From the IMG/VR virus record IMGVR_UViG_3300044723_007922, positions 1 through 25,426 of that record: a stretch of DNA of 25,426 nt. One strand, given 5' to 3'. The stretch comes from a virus (taxonomy: Duplodnaviria; Caudoviricetes). Position numbers and translations under genes: made by a program. This document shows, piece after piece, positions 1 through 8,552 of the stretch (positions are counted from its first letter, which is position 1; each line of letters starts with the position of its first letter). The notes under the pieces were generated by a model. It was not told where the DNA came from. It saw nothing but the letters and a program-made list of their open reading frames with translations, and did no database searches.

Positions 1-304
1 CAAATTTTAAGGAAGGATAGTATTTTCTATCATCATCCTGGTCATAGTAATTACTGTCTGATTCAATTTCAAATCCTTTTGCTCTTAAAATATTTTTTAA
101 ATTTTTCCATTGTGTTGGATCAACAGTTCTATTTTGAATAAATGTTACTTTACCAAACCCTTTAGATGCTTTAGGTCCATCTTCAGCATAATACCCCATT
201 GACACTCTTATATTTGGATTTTTATGAGAGGCTTGTAATTCACCTTCAAGTTTTTTAGCTTGTTGGTCGAATCTATTTTCAAATATTATACTACTCAGTT
301 TCAT
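1..304 (-). CDS. Hypothetical protein, runs off the window start; not in the ORF track
   Basis: Manual translation from ATG at 304: MKLSSIIFENRFDQQAKKLEGELQASHKNPNIRVSMGYYAEDGPK...DDDRKYYPSLKF, open to base 1. Shares the MKL..IxE leader with other genes here. Confidence 0.85.
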   Translation of the reverse strand, partial: MKLSSIIFENRFDQQAKKLEGELQASHKNPNIRVSMGYYAEDGPKASKGFGKVTFIQNRTVDPTQWKNLKNILRAKGFEIESDSNYYDQDDDRKYYPSLKF

Positions 305-404
305 TACCACAGTTACATTTATGACATCCAGGTTTTTTTATATTTTTAAATATAATGAATATGCTTGCTAAGAGCATTATCGATATGATTAAACCTTCGG
401 TCAT
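291..404 (-). CDS. 37-aa membrane microprotein with a Cys-rich tail, resembling FeoB-associated Cys-rich membrane proteins; not in the ORF track
   Basis: MTEGLIISIMLLASIFIIFKNIKKPGCHKCNCGNETE*. ATGA overlap with the stop of 401..661. Hydrophobic helix, then KNIKK, then CxxCxC. Confidence 0.65.
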   Translation of the reverse strand: MTEGLIISIMLLASIFIIFKNIKKPGCHKCNCGNETE

Positions 405-661
405 AGTTTATAAATTTTAAGAGTCAAATCACCTGTTCCTTTAATTAATCTATGATAAGTCTCTTTAGGTATAAATAGTTTGTTTTTTTGTAATGTACGT
501 GGAATATCGTTATCTAATTGGAACTCCCAATCAGTATCGTGTATAGGTTCAATATACCTATCTTCTTTATCTCTATGCCATACGAATTCGAATGAGGGAG
601 TATCTTTAGAGAACTCTCTTAATATATAACCGTCTTTTTTTTCCTCTATGTAAGGTCTCAT
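401..661 (-). CDS. Small cupin-like (double-stranded beta-helix) phage protein
   Basis: WHRD...WEFQLD...FIPKETYHRLIKG gives an HxD...H pattern on a cupin-like strand arrangement. TAATG coupling to the upstream gene. Confidence 0.6.
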   Translation of the reverse strand: MRPYIEEKKDGYILREFSKDTPSFEFVWHRDKEDRYIEPIHDTDWEFQLDNDIPRTLQKNKLFIPKETYHRLIKGTGDLTLKIYKL

Positions 662-1179
662 TAACCTGCTTTAGTTTGTATTCTGTACCATTCAATTCCA
701 TCAGACCAAACCATTATACCTTCATATGCTTTATTAATAGTATATGAACCTGCTCCTCCGTCTACCGTTTGACCACTTCCAGATAAAGGTAGTAATTCGG
801 CTCTAGTTGAAGTAGAAAATGTATTATCGGTAATAAACCTTATAGACCTATGGGTGTTTGTAGTGGTACTAGCATCTGGTAAATAAAGATTCATAGTACC
901 GGTAGAGCCACTCCAGTCTAAATGTATCATTGATGTGTTTTCATATAGTGACCCGGTCAAGTAAAATTCTTGGTCTTCAGCTACAGTAATATTAACCGGT
1001 ATTAGGTAGCTATTCGATGCTGAACTATTGTATGTTGCCCCTGGTATAGATGATGTAACATAGGTTGTAATTTGCTGTAATGTAGTATACCTTGTTTCAC
1101 CATCTTGTACGTCTACAAAAAGCTCACTTCCTGTTAAAGGAGTGGAAATCGGTAGTTGTGATATAGGTAAATTAGGCAT
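661..1179 (-). CDS. Probable virion fibre/decoration protein
   Basis: N-terminal ISQLP...LTGSE...VQDGET motif typical of phage fibre N-termini. C-terminal LYLP...SDGIEW beta domain. Ser/Thr-rich. Confidence 0.55.
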   Translation of the reverse strand: MPNLPISQLPISTPLTGSELFVDVQDGETRYTTLQQITTYVTSSIPGATYNSSASNSYLIPVNITVAEDQEFYLTGSLYENTSMIHLDWSGSTGTMNLYLPDASTTTNTHRSIRFITDNTFSTSTRAELLPLSGSGQTVDGGAGSYTINKAYEGIMVWSDGIEWYRIQTKAG

Positions 1180-1405
1180 AGGTTGTAATATAAATTCCTG
1201 ATCCGTTTTCTTGCTGTATTAAAGAAAGATCTTCTTGCAATAAAAAACCAGTTATCTGTAATTTAAGTTGTTTCGGACCTTTGCTTTGCTGATGTATTTG
1301 ATTTGATAGGCCGTCTAAGTAAAAATAATACTGACGTATTTGTTCACTTTCTGTCAACACTTTAATATGTCTTTGATCTCTAAACTGTAGCCACGTTAAT
1401 TCCAT
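1172..1405 (-). CDS. Small hypothetical protein, probably virion-associated
   Basis: C-terminal FLLQED...IQQENGSGI resembles the LLQExG motif of phage structural proteins. Overlaps the next gene's start. Confidence 0.6.
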   Translation of the reverse strand: MELTWLQFRDQRHIKVLTESEQIRQYYFYLDGLSNQIHQQSKGPKQLKLQITGFLLQEDLSLIQQENGSGIYITTYA

Positions 1406-1406
1406 C

Positions 1407-2192
1407 CTACCAGTATCCTGAGAAGTTAGAACTACCTCCTAGTGATTTCCAGTATCGTCCAATATTACATGACCAGTATCCTGCTTTTGTTTTATCTTTC
1501 TTTTGAGCACATTTATGTCTTGCAGCAAAAGATGCTCTTGCACCTCTTTGTTTTAATTTAACTGAAAGACCAGTATCACCGAATGATACTTTTTTCACAT
1601 TACCTTTCTTTGACTTAACGTAAACGTAGAATTTTTTACTACCACCTCTTTTAGGTTTGTTAAGAGCAACTTTTTTTCCTCTATATTCAGCTTCTGGGAT
1701 ATAATCAACTGATGCTTTTAGCATTTCAAACCCGTTATAATCAAAAGATTCATTTTGAAGACTAACAGCTTTTCTTAATTTGTTCATATTGATTGTTCCT
1801 CCTATAGACTCTACTAACTCTTTTATTTGATCAAAATCAATCATTTCATCTATTGATGTAGCTTCATCTATCAATTCATCGTTCTCAATCATTTCATCAA
1901 TTAAACAGCCGATTTCAAAAAGAGGATTATAATTAGGGGATACCATAGGTAAATCTAAAGGAACTCTCATTCCATTGTATTCTGCATACTCTCCAATATC
2001 AGTAGTCTCTAATAACTCTTGATCTACCTCGTTTAACTCAATATCACCGTTTCTAACGGCTTCTCTTGCTTCAGCAAATAATTGTATAAATGCTTCAGAG
2101 TTATAACGGTAGACATGCTCATGTAATGAGAGACCATTGTCTAAGTGGTACTGTAATGATGGGTATCCTATTACCTCTCTTAATTTAATCAT
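1407..2192 (-). CDS. Conserved phage protein with an acidic N-terminal part and a highly basic C-terminal domain (possible head-internal/nucleic-acid-binding protein)
   Basis: C-terminal KKVSFGD...RASFAARHKC...AGYWSC motif, which I recognise from large-phage hypothetical proteins. Sharp acidic-to-basic switch after IPEAE. Confidence 0.7.
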   Translation of the reverse strand: MIKLREVIGYPSLQYHLDNGLSLHEHVYRYNSEAFIQLFAEAREAVRNGDIELNEVDQELLETTDIGEYAEYNGMRVPLDLPMVSPNYNPLFEIGCLIDEMIENDELIDEATSIDEMIDFDQIKELVESIGGTINMNKLRKAVSLQNESFDYNGFEMLKASVDYIPEAEYRGKKVALNKPKRGGSKKFYVYVKSKKGNVKKVSFGDTGLSVKLKQRGARASFAARHKCAQKKDKTKAGYWSCNIGRYWKSLGGSSNFSGYW

Positions 2193-2195
2193 AAT

Positions 2196-2450
2196 TTATT
2201 TTTTATCGGTAAATAATTGGCCTTTATCATCTTCATAAAAGCCTAATTCATCAAGAATCATATCTTGAACATTTTCATCTTTCATATCTATGATAGCGTC
2301 AGTAAATGCTTCTGGTCCCATAGCATTAGCTAATTTCATTAATCTTGATCTAGAGTAATTCTTTTCTTCATTAACCCCATATGTGATACAAGGTGTTTGT
2401 CCACATCCGCAGTTTTTCTCTTCTTTAAGTATTATCTGACTTAGTTTCAT
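2196..2450 (-). CDS. Small hypothetical protein with MKL..LKEE leader and CGCGxxPC motif
   Basis: 84-aa ORF, MKLSQIILKEEKNCGCGQTPCITYG. Confidence 0.75.
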   Translation of the reverse strand: MKLSQIILKEEKNCGCGQTPCITYGVNEEKNYSRSRLMKLANAMGPEAFTDAIIDMKDENVQDMILDELGFYEDDKGQLFTDKK

Positions 2451-2856
2451 AGTTAAAATCTTTTCGGTAAAACTTGGCTAATATATTGTCGTTGATATAT
2501 TCTCCATGCTCTAGTACCTCTTTTATAAATAGGTATTTACACTCAAAATACGTTAAAAGCTTTTTTGTAGGTACGAATTGTATGATTTCCCTAGAAAACT
2601 CTTCTTGTTTACCTTCTTTTAATAGCTGTTTGATAGTTTGATGTGAACCATAATAAGTTTTCCAATCAGATTCTTTAACTACTTTTCTTTTTCTTTTTTG
2701 ACCTTTGAGTGGAGGTAGTTTTCTATTAAATTGAAGTACTTTTTTACCTAGGTATTTATCACCGGTTGGGTTATGGATTACTTCGTATATAAATCCAAAC
2801 GTATTTTTAGGTATATCATCTATACTTTCAATAATTTTATTTTTATATTTCCACAT
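2425..2856 (-). CDS. GIY-YIG endonuclease, SegE-like
   Basis: FGFIYEV...GDKYLGKK (GIY-YIG), ESDWKTYYGS, FSREII, ending YINDNI. Start reassigned to MWKY at 2856, immediately after the upstream TAA at 2858-2860. Confidence 0.8.
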   Translation of the reverse strand: MWKYKNKIIESIDDIPKNTFGFIYEVIHNPTGDKYLGKKVLQFNRKLPPLKGQKRKRKVVKESDWKTYYGSHQTIKQLLKEGKQEEFSREIIQFVPTKKLLTYFECKYLFIKEVLEHGEYINDNILAKFYRKDFNYETKSDNT

Positions 2857-2857
2857 A

Positions 2858-4558
2858 TTAGTTTTCTCTTCGTTCTTCTGCTCTATAATGTTTAATTCTA
2901 TCATGCCATATAGGTGAAGCGAGTAATACAGCAGGATTTAGATCTCCTTTTTTATTCATTTGGTACATATGAGACATCCAAGTCTGCTCGTATGGAAAAT
3001 CCCATTTTGTATCAATAAACATTTTTTTATTACCTTTTTTAGAAACTATCATAGGCCAGTTAGAATAAGTTACTTCTCCAGTTATATATGCTACTTCATC
3101 TACTGTGTCTATGTTTTTGAAATTAGTTCTTGGTGCGTTAGGGTCTTTTCCGGTTTCCGGTAGTTTATCATAGTGAGGCCAATCTCTAGATCTAATATCT
3201 TGAGGTACATTGTACCATGCTGTTTGAATATTATTATCCCAAAATACTTCTGTAAAGGACATTTTAAGAAAATCAAAATCTTCTTTTAACATAATCTTAT
3301 GTAAAATCTCATATAAGTTAGGAATATACTTTCTTAATCCATTTCTACAGTAGTTTCCTTTTTCCTCTTCTGAATTAGATGTCATATCATCTTCAAAGAA
3401 AAAATAATAGTCTGCATCTGATTCATGAAAGTGTTCAGCCGCCGCTTGTCTACCTCTGCATATACCTTTATTACCTTCTAACCAAATGTATTCAAAATTA
3501 TATTCTTTAGCTATTTGTTCATTCTGTTCTTTAGCTTCTTTATCAGTTGAATTATCTAGTAGTATTAGATTTGGTACTTCTAACCATTCGGGTACTTTTT
3601 TCATCGACTCTATAGTATGAAGTAACTGTTCTGGGAAGTTAAATGTTAATATGTATAGATTTGTTTTAAGTGAATTTAACTTATTTCTAGTTATAATATT
3701 TGTACTTTTGGAAAACCTTTTAGGTACTTTTTCTAATTTTACGTTACCATTTAAAAGTGCTTCAGTAAATTTTACTATAAGTCCGTTACTGTCTAACATA
3801 TACCTTTTATACATGTTAGGCTGTTTAACAGCCATAATAGAAAAAATGCTTTCTTCTGTACCCATATACCCTGCGTTTAATGTGTTCGATAGGGTTGAAT
3901 AATAAGTAGAATTTGCCTCTCGTATTGCATCTTTATGTCCTCCAAATAGTCCACCTCTACATACGTACTTAACTTCATCCTGTGCGAATCTTTTTATGGC
4001 ATTGTAATCAAAGCCATGTATTTCTCTATCAGTATTATAAGGGTAGCTCAAAAATAAAAAAGGGTCAGTATACTTAGTTATATGGTCTAAGCAACTATCG
4101 TTTACTAAATGACTCGCTGGGACTGTGTTAGTAATGCCAGCATCTAACCAGTAGAGGTATTCACTGTCAAAGGGATTATAGCAAACTGCATCATGTAACA
4201 TAAACATTTTAGATTGTACTATAGGGTTATAGTATTCTAATTTAGCTTGGGGACTAGTTTTCAACCATCCGTTCTCTCCTGTTATATTTAACCATTTTTC
4301 ATTACTCCTTAATTGTTGTGTTTTACTCCAGTGGGGTGCGTATATTTTTTTTATATCGTCTAATTCAAATATTTTCACAAAAGTATTATCTCTAGTTCTT
4401 CTTTCCCATATGAAAGACTCTAATGAACTAGGTACAAATAAAATCATACTAGCATCTATTTCTAGAAACTCACTAAATCTAGGTAGGTAGTGTGTATCGA
4501 AGGACCTTTCGTCTCTACCTATATTCCATAAACCGGTTACAATAGTCTTATTATTCAT
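2858..4558 (-). CDS. Two-domain glycosyltransferase: N-terminal HtrL/YibB (WlaTC-like) domain plus C-terminal GT-A (GT2-like) domain
   Basis: N-terminal TIVTGLWNIGR, YNPIVQSKMFML, NPFDSEYLYWLDAG, GGLFGG. C-terminal YILTFN..., LLDNS, NKGICRGRQ, FFEDD. Confidence 0.8.
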   Translation of the reverse strand: MNNKTIVTGLWNIGRDERSFDTHYLPRFSEFLEIDASMILFVPSSLESFIWERRTRDNTFVKIFELDDIKKIYAPHWSKTQQLRSNEKWLNITGENGWLKTSPQAKLEYYNPIVQSKMFMLHDAVCYNPFDSEYLYWLDAGITNTVPASHLVNDSCLDHITKYTDPFLFLSYPYNTDREIHGFDYNAIKRFAQDEVKYVCRGGLFGGHKDAIREANSTYYSTLSNTLNAGYMGTEESIFSIMAVKQPNMYKRYMLDSNGLIVKFTEALLNGNVKLEKVPKRFSKSTNIITRNKLNSLKTNLYILTFNFPEQLLHTIESMKKVPEWLEVPNLILLDNSTDKEAKEQNEQIAKEYNFEYIWLEGNKGICRGRQAAAEHFHESDADYYFFFEDDMTSNSEEEKGNYCRNGLRKYIPNLYEILHKIMLKEDFDFLKMSFTEVFWDNNIQTAWYNVPQDIRSRDWPHYDKLPETGKDPNAPRTNFKNIDTVDEVAYITGEVTYSNWPMIVSKKGNKKMFIDTKWDFPYEQTWMSHMYQMNKKGDLNPAVLLASPIWHDRIKHYRAEERREN

Positions 4559-4559
4559 A

Positions 4560-5357
4560 CTAAATTAAATATCCTTTACTTGAAAAATACTTAATGTTAT
4601 CGTTAACTCCTTTATCCCTAAGTAAAAAACAGCCTTCTTCTCTATCATGATTCGTATGTGCTAAGACCGGAAAGGTGGTAACTCCTCCTATTTCTGTCCA
4701 TTCTTCTTTAGATGATGGAATACGTTCTTTATTATAGAAAGTAACTACTTTTTCGATACCTTGCTTGCCCATATATGCTGATACTGTAATATCATCAGCC
4801 CAGGATTTATCTAAAAAGTCAGTAAAAAAATCTTTTTCAAAATATTTTCTTCTATAAGAAACTGTTTTGTAATGTTGAAGAATATTAACTTTTACATTTC
4901 TATCTATACTTACTACATAATAGTCTCTAATATCAGAAAAGGTAGGTTGTAGTGCTCTTAATCCGTCATAACCTACTGCACAGTTGTTAAATCTTTCTGT
5001 TTGATTTTTATATTGTTCTGAAACCATATCTGGGTGATATATCAGATCATCATCAGCAGTTATAATAATTGATTCAGGTTCCTTTATTCTTTTAATAGTA
5101 TCTGCAATCTTGGTTATAGCTCCGTAGTCTTCTCCTCTAAAAATTTTTAAAATAGGATTAGCCTCTACTATTTCGGTAAGCCATTGAGGTACGGTGTATT
5201 CTTCTCCATCGTACTTATGTACGTGAGGGATGTTAAAATGTACTTCATAATCTTTAAAATTTTGAGTAACTAAAGATTCTATACATTTTTTTATTCCACC
5301 AGGATTTTCGTCCTTTAGTCTAGATGGTATGGTTGTTAGAGATACTACTGTTTTCAT
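4560..5357 (-). CDS. GT-A fold (GT2-like) glycosyltransferase
   Basis: VSLTTIPSR start, DYGAITK, IITADDD (DxD), WADDITVS. Confidence 0.8.
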   Translation of the reverse strand: MKTVVSLTTIPSRLKDENPGGIKKCIESLVTQNFKDYEVHFNIPHVHKYDGEEYTVPQWLTEIVEANPILKIFRGEDYGAITKIADTIKRIKEPESIIITADDDLIYHPDMVSEQYKNQTERFNNCAVGYDGLRALQPTFSDIRDYYVVSIDRNVKVNILQHYKTVSYRRKYFEKDFFTDFLDKSWADDITVSAYMGKQGIEKVVTFYNKERIPSSKEEWTEIGGVTTFPVLAHTNHDREEGCFLLRDKGVNDNIKYFSSKGYLI

Positions 5358-6619
5358 ACTAACTGCTTTTCAAATTTTTCAGCCCAACCTCTTTTTTCAC
5401 TATGCCCCCAGTATACTACTTTAGTTGGTTTTTTATCTGTCATAAACATTTCTTCGTAATGTATAGGTTTATTATTATTTAAAAATTCAGTTAACATATT
5501 ACCTTCTATATATTTACTGTTAATGCCTATACCGTTTTCATCGTCAAAAGCTACAAGTATAAAATTATAATCTTTACCGATAAGCTTATCTATAGTTATA
5601 TCAACTAGGTAATAAAAAGAAAACATGAAGCTGTTTTCCCATTCTTCTTCATTTTCTATAATAGGATTCGGAGGTATGCGGTTTTCTGATGTATATTTTT
5701 GAAAAGATTTTTTCTTAAAATGTATGCCTGCATACTTTTCATAGTCCCTAAGAGTTCTCACGTTTCCTAGGTCGTACCCGGTCATATCAAATCCATTGTC
5801 TTCAACTCTCAATAACTGTCTAATTTTAGCCCTTGCACTATCCTGTTGATCTATCCACTGTCTACTGCCTTTTTTTGATTGATCGTCCCAAACAAGTTTA
5901 CCGCTTCTTTCTTCCCTCATAGTAGCATGCCATATAACTACTCTATGTGGATGAAATAAATCGTATCCATGTGTAAAACTTCTTACCGTTAAGTTTAGTT
6001 CCTCTCCTGAAAAAAATATATCTGGGTCATGTTTAATCTCTTTAGCCCATTTATTAGGTCCAAAACAAAAATGTCCAGATAAGAATCTAGCAGGAACAGG
6101 TTTTTTGAGTTTTTTCCAATCGGTTGAAAATGCAGTTGGTCTTATAAAAATAGTACCATGGTCGTAAAAAGAAGCGGCAGAGCTCCACCACGGTTCTTTT
6201 ACTCTACCTTTTGGGTCATCAAAAGGATTATAATAAGGTAAGTAGCCGCATATAAGAGGATTGTGTCCTTCTTTTTTTAAATTATCATACCATTTTATTA
6301 ATGTAGTATCCCAATTTTTAGTAAACCTATGATGAGCGTCTAATTGTAATAAAAAATCCTCATCTTCTAATAACTTTTCATTAATAATAGCTCTGGCATA
6401 AGCAAGTCCTTTTGCTTCTTCATACGGCATGTCGTATATCTTAAACCTAGGATCATCTCTATATTGGTCAACATTATCAAATTCATCTTCCGCATTAAAC
6501 TGTCTACATATTCCAAAGTGTACTCTTTCAGGAAACTTAGCATTAGAAAGGGCTGAATTTATAGTTGGTACCAATTCTGGTTCCCTATATGCTGGTAGAT
6601 GTATTAGAATTGTTCTCAT
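5354..6619 (-). CDS. GT60-like polypeptide/hydroxyproline GlcNAc-transferase (Gnt1/Skp1-Hyp GlcNAcT family), paralogue 2
   Basis: LPAYREPEL, GICRQ, AKGLAYAR, LQLDAHHRF..WD, FLSGHFCF, DPDIFFSGEE, GYDLFHP. Confidence 0.85.
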   Translation of the reverse strand: MRTILIHLPAYREPELVPTINSALSNAKFPERVHFGICRQFNAEDEFDNVDQYRDDPRFKIYDMPYEEAKGLAYARAIINEKLLEDEDFLLQLDAHHRFTKNWDTTLIKWYDNLKKEGHNPLICGYLPYYNPFDDPKGRVKEPWWSSAASFYDHGTIFIRPTAFSTDWKKLKKPVPARFLSGHFCFGPNKWAKEIKHDPDIFFSGEELNLTVRSFTHGYDLFHPHRVVIWHATMREERSGKLVWDDQSKKGSRQWIDQQDSARAKIRQLLRVEDNGFDMTGYDLGNVRTLRDYEKYAGIHFKKKSFQKYTSENRIPPNPIIENEEEWENSFMFSFYYLVDITIDKLIGKDYNFILVAFDDENGIGINSKYIEGNMLTEFLNNNKPIHYEEMFMTDKKPTKVVYWGHSEKRGWAEKFEKQLV

Positions 6620-8145
6620 TTTAGGCTAACTTCAAAACGTTCAACATAATCCTTAGATTTTGAATGTGGCCATACAACATATTTATCTGGGTATTTTCCG
6701 TCAAACTCTCTCCATATTCTTACCCATCCATCTCCATCTCTTGCTGCTTTTAAAAGCTTTTTTATCTCTTCTTCGTTAGCGTCATTTCTATCTATTACAC
6801 TACCATCATTCATTTCAAAAGCTACCACCCAGTAGTCATAATCATTTTCTTTAAAGTGACTTTCATGTATATCAATACAGTGTTTAAAATATTCAACTAA
6901 ATCTTTTTCATACTCTTTTTGTTTGCCAATAAAATCTAAACTAGGAGGTTTTTTATCTTTCGTATGTTGAGTTACTTTTCTATCCTTAAATCTAACACCT
7001 GCAAAATGTTCATAATCTTTTAAGCTTCTAACTGTGCCAAAATCATAACCTTCAAAGCTTTTATTAAGTTCTTCTGTTCTTACTATACCGTCCATTTCAT
7101 GTAACTGCCTATATCTTAAAAAAGATTTAGAATCTATTTCTCCCCAATTTTGGTGATCGTCCCAATGTTTTTTGAATCCACTTCTTCCATAAAAATGCCA
7201 TGCTATAATTTTATGAGGATGAAAAATATCATAACCCCAAGTAAAAGCTCGTGCTGATATACTTGGTTCTTCTCCGTGGAAATACATATTAGGGTCATGA
7301 GGCACTTCTTTGCAAAACTCTCCAAGTGTAAATGCAAAATGTGCCGAGTAAAACCTAGTCATTATAGGTCCTTTTAAATTTTTCCAATCAGGGACTGTAG
7401 CAGGAAAAGTATATATGTATCCTTGTGGTGTAAATCTATTAAAATCTAACTGCCATACTTCTTGAGTTCTACCTTGAGGATCTTTTTCAGGAAAGTAAGA
7501 AGGAATATAACCTGATAGTAAAGGTTTCTTAAACCCTCTTCTTTGTAGTCTAACTAACATGTTAATTAACTCCTTATCCCAACCTTTTATAAATCTATGG
7601 TGTGAATCTAATTGAAGGGTATACTTTTCATTACTGTACTCCTGTTGAATTTTATTTCTAGCCCAGCAGGTTCCTTTAGATTCTTCATGTGGTATAGATA
7701 AAATATTTACTCTTTCATCTTCTTTAAAGCTATCTAAATTATCCCAATCGTCATCCCCGTACTGATGTGCAATACATACTTTAAGATTATCCGGGTAGTC
7801 TGCGTTTATAAAAAGATCTTTTAATGTGTTGTTTAGTTCAGGGTCTCTGTATGAGGCTATTTGAACAAATATAGTATCTTCTTTTGTTATCTCCACTTGT
7901 TGGCTTTTAGTGTATTCTGCGTCAATTTCATCCCATTTACCCTCAGGGCAAGCACCATCTATAGGAGAGTAGACCTTACCTTTAAGAGCACACCCACAGA
8001 CAGAACATCTATGAATTCCTAGGTTAGTTACTTTCTTATCACATGAATTACAAACTTCAATTCGTTTGGCTGCTTTTTCAGCTTGTTCGTCATTGGGATT
8101 AAAAGCTATACCCCAAGCTGTAAAAATTTCTTGTAACTGGTTCAT
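6616..8145 (-). CDS. GT60-like polypeptide/hydroxyproline GlcNAc-transferase, paralogue 1, with an N-terminal Cys-rich domain
   Basis: IFVQIASYRDPEL, SKGTCWAR, LQLDSHHRF..WD, SAHFAF, VPHDPNMYFHGEE, GYDIFHP. N-terminal CxxC...CxxCGC...CPxGKW. Confidence 0.88.
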   Translation of the reverse strand: MNQLQEIFTAWGIAFNPNDEQAEKAAKRIEVCNSCDKKVTNLGIHRCSVCGCALKGKVYSPIDGACPEGKWDEIDAEYTKSQQVEITKEDTIFVQIASYRDPELNNTLKDLFINADYPDNLKVCIAHQYGDDDWDNLDSFKEDERVNILSIPHEESKGTCWARNKIQQEYSNEKYTLQLDSHHRFIKGWDKELINMLVRLQRRGFKKPLLSGYIPSYFPEKDPQGRTQEVWQLDFNRFTPQGYIYTFPATVPDWKNLKGPIMTRFYSAHFAFTLGEFCKEVPHDPNMYFHGEEPSISARAFTWGYDIFHPHKIIAWHFYGRSGFKKHWDDHQNWGEIDSKSFLRYRQLHEMDGIVRTEELNKSFEGYDFGTVRSLKDYEHFAGVRFKDRKVTQHTKDKKPPSLDFIGKQKEYEKDLVEYFKHCIDIHESHFKENDYDYWVVAFEMNDGSVIDRNDANEEEIKKLLKAARDGDGWVRIWREFDGKYPDKYVVWPHSKSKDYVERFEVSLK

Positions 8146-8156
8146 AACTCAATAAT

Positions 8157-8185
8157 AATATACGAAAAAAAAATCTTTTATACAA
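8157..8185 (-). promoter_or_regulatory. Sigma70-like promoter for the glycosyltransferase cluster
   Basis: Minus strand TTGTAT (8185-8180), 17-nt spacer, TATATT (8162-8157), 11 nt before the ATG at 8145. Confidence 0.6.
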
Positions 8186-8551
8186 CTACTTTTTAACTAC
8201 TATAGTTCCAGTAAACGTAGTATCGAATGTAACAGATATTGAGCTCGTGTTATTAGATAGTACTGTTCCAGGAACAACTTGTTCTTTACTACTATTATAT
8301 GCCTGTACAATAGGATAATCCTCATCTAGGCTGTGAGTTATCGTATAGGTATTAGAACCAGAAACTGATTCTTTGTATAAATTACCTATCTGTAAGGAAT
8401 GTGTAACTGCTGTAAAGCTTCCTGTTCCGTGTGAAAATAAGCTAAGTGTATTGCCGTCAATTGAGCTAGAAATGTAAGGTGTTGTGAAATTAGTATCTAA
8501 TTCGTTGTACGTAAGCAGAGATCCTTTTGTGCTTCTTAAAGTTATAGCCAT
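8186..8551 (-). CDS. Short tail-fibre-like structural protein
   Basis: MAITLRSTKGSLLTYNELDTNF resembles a common phage fibre/baseplate N-terminus. C-terminal ITHSL...PIVQAY...ISVTF beta domain. Confidence 0.65.
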   Translation of the reverse strand: MAITLRSTKGSLLTYNELDTNFTTPYISSSIDGNTLSLFSHGTGSFTAVTHSLQIGNLYKESVSGSNTYTITHSLDEDYPIVQAYNSSKEQVVPGTVLSNNTSSISVTFDTTFTGTIVVKK

Positions 8552-8552
8552 T

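Noticed and set aside
2857-2904. Track start at 2904 for the GIY-YIG gene
   Set aside because: It overlaps the upstream GT by 47 nt. The ATG at 2856 directly follows that gene's stop.
2858-8145. GT cluster as a DNA hypermodification system
   Set aside because: No base-modifying enzymes are adjacent and GT60 enzymes are protein-directed. This is disfavoured rather than excluded for the GT-A domains.
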